Of a stretch of DNA of 64,000 nt, positions 35,692-46,077 are shown piece after piece; the first letter of the stretch is position 1; each line of letters opens with the position of its first letter. This stretch comes from a virus. Location of the stretch: positions 1 through 64,000 of IMG/VR virus record IMGVR_UViG_3300017963_000231. One strand, 5' to 3'. Made by a program: the position numbers and the translations under genes. The notes beneath the pieces are model-generated. The model did not search any database, had not been told where the DNA came from, and saw nothing but the letters and a program-made list of their open reading frames with translations.

Positions 35692-37614
35692 ATGGAATCG
35701 GCCTTAGCAAAAGTAGCGAAAATCATGGCAAGGGAATACGGGTTGAATGTCCGGTTCACCGGGTCCGGGGCTTGCGTTAACCTTAAAACCAAGGAGATGC
35801 AACTTCCGGCCCTGGATGATCCGGTCATTTTTGAGACCATTTCCGGGTATTTGGACCATGAGGTTGCTCATGTAAGGTTTACGGATATCGTTCCGTCAAT
35901 TAAGGATTCTCTGACCATGGATCTTTTCCGGGTGTTGGAGGATGTGAGGGTTGATCGGGATATGGGCAATCTTTACACCGGCTCCCATAAGAATATCGGG
36001 CGGACTCGGAAGGCCGTGTATGAGGCTCTTTTCACGGAAGCCAATGACCTAAATGAGATGTTCTGGATGGATATTCTGGAAATGACTTCGGGCCGGATGG
36101 AGTTCGATGAAATGGGTCCGATGGCTCAGGAAGCCGTTCTCAAAGCCCTTGATCTTTTCATGGGTCTGGATGAGATAAAGACCACGGCTGATTGTGTAAG
36201 CCTTTGCGAGAAGATTGCCAAGCGGTGGAGGGATACCGATGCCAATCCTACTCCTCAGCCGTCTCCTGGAGGCTCTGAGGAGGAGCAAGAGGGGGATAGT
36301 GATGGTTCCTCTGATTCTGGCGGTCAGGGGGATTCTGAGGGCGACTCAAAGGAAGGATCTAAGGGGGGATCAAAGAAAAAAGGCAAGAAGGGCTCGAAAA
36401 AAGAGGGAGAGGAAGATAAGGACGGTGAGGGCAAGAAAAAAGGCAAGGGAAAAAAGAAGGGCGAGGGCAAGAAAAAAGATAAGAAGGGCGATAAAACGGG
36501 AGATGTAGACTCTCCTGATGCGAATAGCAACAAGCATGCTCCGAAGGATGGAGGAACGGAAGCGGCGGGTATCCGGCGGGAGGATGTGGATATCGCCATT
36601 ATTCGGGATTACGATAAACTGGATTTGATCGATCCTGAAAAAGCGTTGGATCACGGGATCAATAAGATCATAAACGCTCAGGTCAAGAAGTGTGCGAATG
36701 ATGTTCATATCCCTTTTACCACGGAATATGATGTGGTTAAAGACGATTCAAAATCCCGGAACACGATAAAAGAGAAAGCCATAAGGGAGGAAGTTAAAAG
36801 TACCGTTGGAGTGTTGATCAGGCGGCTTCAGATGGTTCTTTTGGCTCGGGATCGGGCAAGGGATCGGTTTGAGCTTGATCGGGGTAGGATCGATTCGAGG
36901 AGGCTTCATCAGCTTATCCATAAAACGTCTAATCGAGTGTTTAAGACTCGGGTAGAGGCCGAAACCGAGAGTACCGCCGTTTATCTCTTAGTTGATTGCT
37001 CGGGTTCGATGGGAGGAAAGAAAATTATAGCGGCTCAGAAGGCGGCTTGCGCGTTTTCAGCTTGTCTCGATCAGCTTGGGATTGTGCATGAAGTAGGTAG
37101 TTTTCAGTGTGTCAAGTCTGAGGAGATAAGAAATGCGTTCGAACAATACATTGAGGCTAACGGCATGGATTGTTATGATTCTCCGTTTAATAGGTATTAT
37201 GAAATCCTTTCTCATAGCATTGTAAAGCGATTTGATCAGCCTTTTGCGCAAGGGGCTTTCGCGAATTTAATGGCGGGGTGTAACAATTGTGACGGTGAAT
37301 CCGTGAGGGTAGCGGCTCGTCTTTTGGCTCAGAGGCCGGAAAAACGTAAGATTCTTATGGTGTTTTCGGACGGGATGCCTAGTTGTTATTCGGACCATGA
37401 TTTGCTCCATAAGGATCTTAAAAAGGCCGTGAAGGAAATCATGGATGCCGGGATTGAGACTATTGGGGTCGGGATCAGGACCAGTGCTCCAAAGATGTTT
37501 TATCCTGATTGGATTCTGATCGATGATATAACGACTCTTCCTACGGAAGTGATCAGTCAGCTTGAGAAGTTACTCTTTAATGGGATGATCGGGAAAAAGC
37601 GGAGGGTAGCGTGA
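35692..37614 (+). CDS. CobT-like protein (HExxH domain, charged linker, vWA)
   Basis: DHEVAH...LEDVR; MIDAS DCSGSM; SDGMP. Confidence 0.88.
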   Translation: MESALAKVAKIMAREYGLNVRFTGSGACVNLKTKEMQLPALDDPVIFETISGYLDHEVAHVRFTDIVPSIKDSLTMDLFRVLEDVRVDRDMGNLYTGSHKNIGRTRKAVYEALFTEANDLNEMFWMDILEMTSGRMEFDEMGPMAQEAVLKALDLFMGLDEIKTTADCVSLCEKIAKRWRDTDANPTPQPSPGGSEEEQEGDSDGSSDSGGQGDSEGDSKEGSKGGSKKKGKKGSKKEGEEDKDGEGKKKGKGKKKGEGKKKDKKGDKTGDVDSPDANSNKHAPKDGGTEAAGIRREDVDIAIIRDYDKLDLIDPEKALDHGINKIINAQVKKCANDVHIPFTTEYDVVKDDSKSRNTIKEKAIREEVKSTVGVLIRRLQMVLLARDRARDRFELDRGRIDSRRLHQLIHKTSNRVFKTRVEAETESTAVYLLVDCSGSMGGKKIIAAQKAACAFSACLDQLGIVHEVGSFQCVKSEEIRNAFEQYIEANGMDCYDSPFNRYYEILSHSIVKRFDQPFAQGAFANLMAGCNNCDGESVRVAARLLAQRPEKRKILMVFSDGMPSCYSDHDLLHKDLKKAVKEIMDAGIETIGVGIRTSAPKMFYPDWILIDDITTLPTEVISQLEKLLFNGMIGKKRRVA

Positions 37615-38408
37615 AAGGAATTGAAGGACATCCTTGGAAGAGGTCTGCTCCTTCAAAGCCTAAAGATGTTGATGACAAAATTGATTTCGGGGCGATGAAG
37701 GGGCGAAGGGTGAGTGATCTTACGGGTAGGGAAGCATGGTATGCTCGGAATGTGATCCTATCTAATCCGGAGCTTGAGCCTGAATGGGGAGATGCCGTCC
37801 GTAGCCACATGGAAGTTATCGGGGTAGATCTTAGATGGCGTGAGGATACTCCCGTTGATGTACCGTTTGAGATTATTGATAAGTATTCTCTTAATTTTCT
37901 CGGGAGGTTCATCCAATATTATCGAAAGACGATTGATAATGGGGATCCTCAAGGATTTGTAACTTTTATTGGGCTGGAGATTTGGCGGGCTTTTGAAAAT
38001 TATCAGTCTTTAAAAAATCCGTTATTTAGTACGTTTAGGGCTAGATGTGAAGGGTTGATTTGGACTCTTCGATATACCGGGGCTATCATTGTACCTTATG
38101 ATGTGGAGGATGGGTTTGCGTTGGGTCCGAATATTGAGGATGAAGAAGCAATTCTATTTTAGATGAAAGGGAAAAAATATAAGGGTTTAACTGAGAAGCA
38201 ATGGCGGACTCTTTTGCATCCAGGGATGCGAACGGGTAAGTTCCATCCTCAAGATTATAAGGAGAAAGCGACGTGCGGGCAATTGACCAAAAAGGGGTTG
38301 ATTGAGTTTCGGGAGTGGAGGGATGGAAATAATTACAAGAGGGATGGATATGCTTTGACGGTGGCCGGGTTAAATATGGTACTGGCTGAACTTATCCCAG
38401 GAAAGTAG
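37611..38408 (+). other. Two hypothetical genes (37611-38162, 38163-38408)
   Basis: Tandem ORFs. Confidence 0.6.
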
Positions 38409-38411
38409 AGG

Positions 38412-38441
38412 TTGACAAGCGGTATAAAGGTGTGTCATAAT
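38412..38441 (+). promoter_or_regulatory. Sigma70 promoter
   Basis: TTGACA-18-CATAAT. Confidence 0.65.
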
Positions 38442-38460
38442 CTTACTGTGAGGATACGCC

Positions 38461-39525
38461 ATGGCGTTTGAGGTCGCGAGGATCAAAGAGAAGGAACGCT
38501 TGAGAATGACCGTCAAGGATCTTGAAGATTCGGTACGGTGTCAGGGGTGCAAGATTTATCCAATTTGCGGGGGTTGGGGAGAGTTCGATGATTCGCGGTG
38601 GTGTACTCAAGAATGTGAGTGGTGCCGGGCTATATGTTGTCGATCTCCCAAGGCAAAAGAATCTATAAAGCAATTAAATGGACTCGGGATTCAAAATGTG
38701 AAGTGGGTTCCATTTGAGGTTGATCTTCCTCCTATTATTCCGCAACTTAATGCCCATTCTTTCGGGGTTTACCATCCAGCTTATGGGATATCAGCTAAAA
38801 AATTGTTCTATCCAACGACCGGGGGTTGGTCTAAGGAGAAGAATCTAAGGAAGCGATTTGGTATTCCTTCAGAGAGTAAGATTGTACTCTCGTTTTCCGT
38901 TAAAGATGTGATTTTAGATACTTGGGCTCATTTTCTTGATGAAGCGTGTGAACGTTTAGCTGAGTATGACATTGATTATGTAACGGCAATGAATTTTTCG
39001 ATATATCGTAATTATCCTCCTCTTGATCGGCTTGTGAGTTTGAGAAGGAGGTTTTATACGATGGAACGTTTGCAGAATCATGGGATTAAGGTGATTCCAA
39101 GTATTGGTTGGGTTAGGGAAATTGATCTGAAGCGACAGGCTAGGTGGTGCCGTGAGAATAAGCCTTCGATGGTTTCTTATAACATGACCATGATTCGAGC
39201 CAGACCGGGAAATTCTGATTGGGAACCGGAGATGGATCAACTTCGCAAATTTCGCGAGTGGTGTGGGTATCCCGTCAAGTTTTTAATGACCGGAGCAAGC
39301 GGACCATCCAGAATTAAGGGACTTGTGACTGATTTGGATGGAGTTATATTTTATGATACCAAGACATATCGATTTGCGGAGTTCCATCGTAAGGTATGGG
39401 ACCTGGATTGGGATAAATCAGTCTCGGTAAAAGATATGTTTTCTCAGAACTTAGAGTATTCTAGTTGGGTTTATGATTTGACTTTGGAGGATAAAGAAGA
39501 TCAACGGAGGGAAGCAAATGGGTGA
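38461..39525 (+). CDS. DUF4417-like protein with Cys-rich N-terminus
   Basis: NFSIY..YP...LQNHGIKVIPSIGW motif; CxxCxxxxxCGG...CxxxCxxCxxxCC. Confidence 0.7.
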   Translation: MAFEVARIKEKERLRMTVKDLEDSVRCQGCKIYPICGGWGEFDDSRWCTQECEWCRAICCRSPKAKESIKQLNGLGIQNVKWVPFEVDLPPIIPQLNAHSFGVYHPAYGISAKKLFYPTTGGWSKEKNLRKRFGIPSESKIVLSFSVKDVILDTWAHFLDEACERLAEYDIDYVTAMNFSIYRNYPPLDRLVSLRRRFYTMERLQNHGIKVIPSIGWVREIDLKRQARWCRENKPSMVSYNMTMIRARPGNSDWEPEMDQLRKFREWCGYPVKFLMTGASGPSRIKGLVTDLDGVIFYDTKTYRFAEFHRKVWDLDWDKSVSVKDMFSQNLEYSSWVYDLTLEDKEDQRREANG

Positions 39526-40051
39526 TGCAAGGGCCGGTGGGGGAGGTGGCGGGGCCGGAGTGACTTCCGGACTCGTTATCACAAGTGGGGTTGTGGATGC
39601 CAGCATTCGAGACGTGAACAATCGATTTGGGTTCGAGCAACCGCGAGGAACGCGAGAATCAGATGAAGGTGTTTTAAGTCATGTTGGAGCGACTCAAGGA
39701 GCCTCTACTCAGTTCCAGAGGGTAAATCAGCCTAATGCTAGGGTAACAACTCGTTCGGAGCGAATAACGGCGGCTCAGGCCGAATCCGGGCAATCTTCAA
39801 CTCGATTGACAACTAGGATCACGGGAACACGGGGGGATTCGGAAGTCACTATCAGGTCAGAGGGTCCACGGGCAGGGCAAGCGAACGGGCCTCGGGTTGA
39901 TAGCGTGCGTGTTACAGCTCGGGCTCGTGGCCGAAACATGGATCCAATTACTCGAAGGCCCAATGAATCAGCCAATTCTTTTCGGGGGCGGGTGCGGAAT
40001 GGCGTGAGCACTTTCTTTGATCGAACGGCGCTCAAAACCGTGGAGGATTAA
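39518..40051 (+). CDS. MGD-polyGly leader protein 1 (Arg-rich)
   Basis: MGDARAGGGGGGAG; coupled to the DUF4417 stop. Confidence 0.75.
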   Translation: MGDARAGGGGGGAGVTSGLVITSGVVDASIRDVNNRFGFEQPRGTRESDEGVLSHVGATQGASTQFQRVNQPNARVTTRSERITAAQAESGQSSTRLTTRITGTRGDSEVTIRSEGPRAGQANGPRVDSVRVTARARGRNMDPITRRPNESANSFRGRVRNGVSTFFDRTALKTVED

Positions 40052-40054
40052 ATA

Positions 40055-40567
40055 ATGGGTATGGTCAGGGATAGTTTCAATAATTGGCTCCGGAAAACGA
40101 AAGTGATGACTAAAAACCTTTCTAGAGGAATGGGTTTGGCTTGGCCTTACTATGATCCGGGTGAGATAAAATTTATGCGGGGGATCAGAAAGGTGGAAGA
40201 GGAAAAACGAGATGGTCTCTACGGGAGTTCGGTTCTCAGGTCCAAGGTTATAGCCTTAAATCCCAAGGTTCTCAGGAGAGATGGGCTTATGTGGGCAACG
40301 TCGGCTCTGCATGAGGCGGAACACGGGATCAATGGGACTGATGAAGGCCCGGCTACTACCAGAGAGTTCAACTTTCTTGGAAAGGTCTATAAGGATTGTA
40401 TGCGAAGGCGTGATAGGTCAGGGGCAACCAAGGCGATGAAGGCCGCGATAATTGCCATGCGGCAACGGAAACGTATGTGCGAGCCTAAAGTGAAGAAGGA
40501 TGACCACAATCTTTTGACGCGGTATGGGTTCTCGGATAAGGCCGCTTCGACCATAATGGAGGCGTAA
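40055..40567 (+). CDS. HExxH metallopeptidase-like protein
   Basis: ALHEAEHG...E. Confidence 0.55.
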   Translation: MGMVRDSFNNWLRKTKVMTKNLSRGMGLAWPYYDPGEIKFMRGIRKVEEEKRDGLYGSSVLRSKVIALNPKVLRRDGLMWATSALHEAEHGINGTDEGPATTREFNFLGKVYKDCMRRRDRSGATKAMKAAIIAMRQRKRMCEPKVKKDDHNLLTRYGFSDKAASTIMEA

Positions 40568-40841
40568 AATGAAAGAGCACACTAAAATTTCACCGGAATT
40601 GGAGAAGGAAATTGGGGATATTGTGGATGAGGACATCCAGAAGGTGATTGAGGAAGAGGGAACTATCGAAAAGGATGTATCTCTTTTTGGGCTCAAGATG
40701 AATAATATCTTGGGTCTTAAGTCGCGGAAAAGGAAACGGTTATGATCTTGAAACACTGTACCCGTTGCGGGTACGATACTTGGCATTCATTGGAAGGTGA
40801 ATGTCAGATGTGCGAAAAACGGAAAAAAAGGAGGAAATAAA

Positions 40842-41195
40842 ATGGGTGATGCAAGAGGAGGAGGCGGTGGAGGAGGCGGCGGTGCCGCTCGTGGCGCTAC
40901 TTTTGGGGGTTCCGCGCAACTTGGAGCCGTGGCGGCAGGGCTTAATAGTGAAGTTCGACCGATGACCACTGCGCGAGTAACGAGGGATAATAATGTTCGG
41001 GTTGGTAACGGGGAACGGAGTATTCAGCTTTCCAGGGCCAATGAGGATGAGATGATTCGACGGGTTGGGGGGATGGGTCCGGGTGATACTCTTACCATTG
41101 CTAATCCTCAATCTCGGGTCTTTACGAGCATGAATGTTGGACAAGCTCAACGGGTACGCCGTTCAATTCTTGAGGCTCGGAGACGGCGAGGCTAA
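40842..41195 (+). CDS. MGD-polyGly leader protein 2
   Basis: MGDARGGGGGGGGG; AGGAGG SD. Confidence 0.75.
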   Translation: MGDARGGGGGGGGGAARGATFGGSAQLGAVAAGLNSEVRPMTTARVTRDNNVRVGNGERSIQLSRANEDEMIRRVGGMGPGDTLTIANPQSRVFTSMNVGQAQRVRRSILEARRRRG

Positions 41196-41197
41196 TA

Positions 41198-41326
41198 ATG
41201 GGCGACGGTATTGGTGGTGGGGCCGGAGGAGGGGGTGCTCTTGTTGATCAAGGTACTCAAACCATTCCGATCTCGGAACTTTACGATGTGACTGAGAAGA
41301 TTACGCCGAAAGCTCGCAACTGGTAA
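41198..41326 (+). CDS. MGD-polyGly leader protein 3 (42 aa, possibly frameshifted)
   Basis: MGDGIGGGAGGGGALVDQ...; absent from the ORF track. Confidence 0.6.
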   Translation: MGDGIGGGAGGGGALVDQGTQTIPISELYDVTEKITPKARNW

Positions 41327-41384
41327 ATGAACTCTTGGGTCGTCCTTCTCGCAAGGAATCAAGGGAAAAGAAAAGGAAAAAGTA

Positions 41385-41654
41385 ATGTTTGTCAATGATT
41401 TTGAATGCTCCAAGTGCGGGGTGATCTCCGAGATTATGACTAATTCTCGGGTAGATCAAGCGGAGTGTCCAGAGTGTGGCGGTGTAGCCTCTAAGATTTT
41501 TACCAAGGCCCCTGATTATCACATGAGTATCGATACATTCATGGAGCATCAGAGGGGGCATCTCGGGCCAAAGATTAAGAAGTCGATGGAAAAGGAAGCC
41601 AGACTCAAGCAGGAGGTAGAGAGGGCAAGAAGGACTGTAAGAGGAGGGCAATGA
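41385..41654 (+). CDS. FmdB-like Zn-ribbon protein
   Basis: FECSKCG...CPECGG. Confidence 0.7.
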   Translation: MFVNDFECSKCGVISEIMTNSRVDQAECPECGGVASKIFTKAPDYHMSIDTFMEHQRGHLGPKIKKSMEKEARLKQEVERARRTVRGGQ

Positions 41655-41655
41655 C

Positions 41656-42270
41656 ATGAGTGCATTGGTCGATAGTGTTTTGAGTTTTATCGATAGTGTG
41701 GCATTGCCAAATGAGGATTGGCGTATCGATGTTGAGCATGACAAGGCGGAAGGTTTCGTTGTACTCATGGCGGTAAGTGAGTTCGGGAAGGGGCAGTGCC
41801 TAACGTTTGCTTGCATGGAAGAGATAGTATATTCGTACCCCGGTAAGGAAGCGGATTTCTGGAGTTATGCTTTAGAGAAGCTATACGATAACATCAGGGA
41901 TGATAATTTGAATAGATTGCGGGAAAAGTACGATATTTTTATTGGACCGGAGATTGCTCGGGAGCTTCATGCTATGAGGAGTACGGCTCGGTATCAGGAA
42001 TTGTTAACTCCTCTTGATGGGGTTGAACCCATTTTGGCATTCGGGGATGGTGTTGGGGATCAGGAAATGATGGAGGCTTACAATTTTAATCTTGCTAATG
42101 GCGGTAGCCTTGCTGATTTTATTTGGATTGTAGATAAAGGTAAGCAATTGACAATTTCTTTGGTTTATAAGCCATTTGAGTTGATTGTTCTTCATCTGGA
42201 TGATGTGGTTGATAAGAGATCATGGGAGGTGCTTGAGCCTGAGTACACTTCCCTGAAAGTACACTATTAG
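41656..42270 (+). CDS. Hypothetical protein
   Basis: ORF with GGAGG SD. Confidence 0.65.
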   Translation: MSALVDSVLSFIDSVALPNEDWRIDVEHDKAEGFVVLMAVSEFGKGQCLTFACMEEIVYSYPGKEADFWSYALEKLYDNIRDDNLNRLREKYDIFIGPEIARELHAMRSTARYQELLTPLDGVEPILAFGDGVGDQEMMEAYNFNLANGGSLADFIWIVDKGKQLTISLVYKPFELIVLHLDDVVDKRSWEVLEPEYTSLKVHY

Positions 42271-42436
42271 CAAGAGGAAGTGGATGAAATTAGATAAATC
42301 AGAGGCCAAGGTTGTAGCGGAACTTCTTGACGCATGCCGAGCCTCAGGGGCCTGTAACTCTTGCGTTAATCGCAAGGAATGCAACTCGATCAAAAAGAAG
42401 TTGATCGAGGGTGAGACTCAAACGGGGGAATGAGTT

Positions 42437-43153
42437 ATGGAGTATAAGAAATTTTTAATTCCGGTGAGCATAGAGGCCGATTTTTTGGATGAGGCGTGGT
42501 TTTTGGCTCTTCAATCCATGTTTATAGATGGTCGGGTGTATCAGATAGATCAAGGGTCATTTGAGGGCCATCGGCGGTTGGAACTTGATTTTGTGACGAT
42601 CAATATCAAGCATCCTGGGGAAGGCAATCTTATTCCGGTGATTCCGGAGGGCATGGCTAGGGTGACGGCTCCCGCTTCTCCGGAGCATGTCAATTCTTAC
42701 TATTCTTACCTAATGTCAGCCGATAAAGCTGAGTATGAGCAATATACTTACGGTGAGCGGATTGTAGGCGGGGTGAATCAGGTAGAAAAGATAATTGAGC
42801 GGTTCCGTAAGTACGGAGAGGGGACCAATCAGTGTTGCATGGCAGTAGCGAGGCCGGAAGATATTGAATTGACAGACCCGCCTTGCCTTCGGATGATCGA
42901 TTGCCGAATGATGTATGGCCAACTCCATTTCATCGTTTATTTCCGCTCTTGGGATTTATGGGGAGGTCTCCCGTCGAATTTGGCGGGTATCCAGACCCTC
43001 AAGGCCATTATGGCAGACTCAATTGGATGTGGGGACGGGGAGATCATCGCTTGCTCGAAAGGGCTCCATCTCTATGACATGGCTTGGGAGCAAGCCGCGA
43101 TTCGGACCTATAAGATCGAGCAATACAACCATTTGATGAAGTTTTTGGGGTAA
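42437..43153 (+). CDS. Thymidylate synthase family protein
   Basis: YTYGER, PPCL, FRSWD...N, LHLY. Confidence 0.88.
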   Translation: MEYKKFLIPVSIEADFLDEAWFLALQSMFIDGRVYQIDQGSFEGHRRLELDFVTINIKHPGEGNLIPVIPEGMARVTAPASPEHVNSYYSYLMSADKAEYEQYTYGERIVGGVNQVEKIIERFRKYGEGTNQCCMAVARPEDIELTDPPCLRMIDCRMMYGQLHFIVYFRSWDLWGGLPSNLAGIQTLKAIMADSIGCGDGEIIACSKGLHLYDMAWEQAAIRTYKIEQYNHLMKFLG

Positions 43154-43155
43154 TC

Positions 43156-43950
43156 ATGATTCATTTTGGTAGTTATAAGGACGTGATTTCGGAGTTAGAT
43201 GACTCCAGCGTGGATTTGATTCTTACTGATCCACCTTATGGGACTACTGATTTAAGTTTTGATGACGGGACAACGGAGGGATGGTTCCTTGATTGTGAAC
43301 GGGTGCTCAAAGATACTGGGTATCTAATCAGTTTCGGGCCGGAAGATCTTTTAATGGAGATCGGAATTCATTTTCAGAGCCGGTTCCGCGTATCTTGGGT
43401 GAAAAGCCTTCCTTTTATGCAACTGAAGGGGGCGAAAAAACCTAGTTCTCATCACGAATTGATAGGTGTTTTTTGTAAAAAAGAGGCAAAAGTAAAGGAT
43501 TTGCCGTGGAATGTAGTGAAACGTAAAGGTGATCCTTACCTAAAGAAGCAGAATAGCCGTAAGTCCAAAAGGGAGGGAAAGGATCAAATTGATCGGAGAG
43601 GGTTTAACACTGCTAATTTTATATCTGAAAACGCCGGGTATCGCCTTCAGACGGATGTAATTAAGGCTCCGAATAAGCCAACCATGAAGCATGTTGAGCG
43701 AACTCCCCATCCGACTCAGAAGCCCTTGACGCTACTGATACCATTGATTGCTTGGGTGACCAATCCGGGTGACGTGGTACTCGATCCATTTTGCGGATCG
43801 GGTGGAACGGGAATAGCATCGAAACTGTTATCTAGGGAGTTCATTGGAATTGAACTCGATCCATTTTATGTCGGGCTGGCCGAAGCTAGAATAAAAGACT
43901 ATGAAAGATTCAGTTACGCACTGGAGGATTACATATTAGATGAAAGCTAA
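43156..43950 (+). CDS. DNA methyltransferase (N6A/N4C)
   Basis: DPPY, HPTQKP, DPFCGSG. Confidence 0.9.
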   Translation: MIHFGSYKDVISELDDSSVDLILTDPPYGTTDLSFDDGTTEGWFLDCERVLKDTGYLISFGPEDLLMEIGIHFQSRFRVSWVKSLPFMQLKGAKKPSSHHELIGVFCKKEAKVKDLPWNVVKRKGDPYLKKQNSRKSKREGKDQIDRRGFNTANFISENAGYRLQTDVIKAPNKPTMKHVERTPHPTQKPLTLLIPLIAWVTNPGDVVLDPFCGSGGTGIASKLLSREFIGIELDPFYVGLAEARIKDYERFSYALEDYILDES

Positions 43951-44235
43951 GAGAGTTACGCTGGATATTTGGATACCATTCATCCCAATTCCGGGGAGAT
44001 GGGATGATCGAATGGTGAACTATGTTTGTTACGGGTCGTTTGATGGGTTCCGACGGTGGTTTCCTACGGTGTTCCAGTATCTTTACATCAGGTCTAAGTG
44101 GTTTCGTGATCAGATAGCCAGGGGGATGGATACTCGGGCTTCTATCGCGGAAATCAGGGGGAATGAGAATAAGGCCATTCCGGCGTTGGATGAATTTTGG
44201 GGGAAGTCATGCGAAGAGGACTCAGATTTAAATTA

Positions 44236-44817
44236 ATGAGGGTAGCAGTTTTGGGGTATGCAGTATTGCAGGGGGCGTGTGCTCCATCGGAAAGTGCGAA
44301 TGATGAGTATATTCCCGGTATCTATCAAGTGTCTGTTCCTGGGGATGAGCCTGGAGTTCTTCTCATAGGGCAGTCCAATTGTGTTGGGTTTGATTTGGCA
44401 TGGGATGGGCCAGAGCGGTTTGATATTTTTGCATTGCCGGGGTCTAAGATCGAGAAATGGGATCCGCCGGATACGGCTTTGTTTCGGGAAGTCGATCATC
44501 TTCTTGCGGAGAGGCCCTACAAGGCCGTGATTTGGTTCCAGGGCGAGAGTGATGGGGTAGATATCCAATCGGCTCGGCTTTACCATGATCGGCTTGAGGA
44601 GCTACTCTCGCATATCTTGATCCATAGTCCGGTGATCCTCGTGACAACTCACGGGACACCATATTCGGATATGGTTAACGGGGCGAAGGGTGAACTTAGT
44701 AAGGAGTATGAAGGGGTTTACATGGTGGATTCATCGGATTTGCCTCGAAGGGATAGTATGCATCTGACGATTGATGGAAAACTTGAACTGGTAGATAGGT
44801 TTAGGTTATACTATTAA
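44236..44817 (+). CDS. SGNH/sialate O-acetylesterase-like protein, possibly a lipoprotein
   Basis: IGQSN, WFQGESD, DSMH; hydrophobic N-terminus followed by Cys. Confidence 0.75.
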   Translation: MRVAVLGYAVLQGACAPSESANDEYIPGIYQVSVPGDEPGVLLIGQSNCVGFDLAWDGPERFDIFALPGSKIEKWDPPDTALFREVDHLLAERPYKAVIWFQGESDGVDIQSARLYHDRLEELLSHILIHSPVILVTTHGTPYSDMVNGAKGELSKEYEGVYMVDSSDLPRRDSMHLTIDGKLELVDRFRLYY

Positions 44818-44913
44818 AGTAGGTCGTGAGGTTTAAGATGCATAATTATGCGTGTAGTTGTCGGATAATAGAATATTAGGGGGCGAATTTGTCTTACCTA
44901 GAGGGGGTAGGTT

Positions 44914-45777
44914 GTGAGTGGTCGGATACGATTAACGGAAGGTTTTCGGAGGTTGCGGCGGTCAAGGAGATTCCATGATATCCATGCTCTTATAGTGGCC
45001 GGGGTAGCATGTAATGAAATCGCGAGGAAGATTCAGATGGAGTGGCGGGAGATGAACACGGTATCCCAAGCAACGTTGGCAAAGCAACTGGAGAGGTATC
45101 GTAAGTCCCTGGAGGTAGGGGGGTTGGCTCCCCATGAGATTCCGGAAGAGGCCCGAAAGGCCAGGGGGGGTATCCTGGGTTCGGCGCTGGAAAAAGGGGG
45201 GTGGGCAGTATATGATGCGGAAACGTCCTCATCTAAGGTGGATGAAGATCCGTACAAAGGTCGGACTAAGGCAGAGATCGAGCAAGCATCTTCAGGTGAT
45301 TTGGCGAGGATGGTTGAAAAAGAGAAGGCAATCCCTACTGACGGGGCGGTAGATGTAAAGGAGGGGCTATCCAAGCTACTCGATATTCAGATGGCTCGAA
45401 TCGCGATGGAGGTAAAGAATGAAGAGAGTATAGGGAAGCTCATGCCGGGGACGGGGTTAGAAATCAACGTAGCCAAGGATATACTCAAGTCTCTCCATGT
45501 GGTGCAGGGGGATCTAGGGTTGACTCACAAGGAACCTGATCAGCTATCAGTAGGTATAGGGATCGGTCCTTCCAAGGATTTGACGGAAGCATTGTCTAAG
45601 TCTGGATTATTAAAGACTATTTCTGACAAAAACTCCCGAAAACGTATTTTAAAAGCGCTTCAGGGGGAGACCCCTCTAGGGGGGCAGACATTTTTGCCTG
45701 AAATGTCGGAAAATGCGGAAAATGAGGATGATGTGGTCCAAGTAGTTGAAAATAAAGGAGGAAATGGGGATGGATAA
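44914..45777 (+). CDS. Hypothetical helical protein, possible small terminase
   Basis: N-terminal HTH-like region; lies upstream of TerL; weak evidence. Confidence 0.35.
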   Translation: MSGRIRLTEGFRRLRRSRRFHDIHALIVAGVACNEIARKIQMEWREMNTVSQATLAKQLERYRKSLEVGGLAPHEIPEEARKARGGILGSALEKGGWAVYDAETSSSKVDEDPYKGRTKAEIEQASSGDLARMVEKEKAIPTDGAVDVKEGLSKLLDIQMARIAMEVKNEESIGKLMPGTGLEINVAKDILKSLHVVQGDLGLTHKEPDQLSVGIGIGPSKDLTEALSKSGLLKTISDKNSRKRILKALQGETPLGGQTFLPEMSENAENEDDVVQVVENKGGNGDG

Positions 45778-46077
45778 GAGTTGCATAAACTGCGATTTTA
45801 ATTATAGTTGTGATGCTAGGTTAAAAGGGAAGTTTGAGCCTTCCTTTTGCCAGGAGTTCTCTATCAATATCGATCAGGATGATGAAAAAGGGAATCGGGA
45901 GCGGGCAGAGCAATGCAAGTTCTTTGTCCCAAGGGGAGGGGACCGGAGTAAGGTGCCGGATCGGGAGCGGTGGTATGAGAAAGATAGTATCGCATAAATG
46001 TGCGAAGCTCTTGAGTAAGGATATGGAGCGGTGCATTGCTGAAAAGGTCGGGGATGAGAGTAAGGGAGAAAAGTAAA

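Noticed and set aside
36240-36520. Low-complexity AAG/GGC-rich stretch as a second repeat array
   Set aside because: Explained by the K/G/E/S linker codons of the CobT-like protein; it has 3-nt, not 5-nt, periodicity
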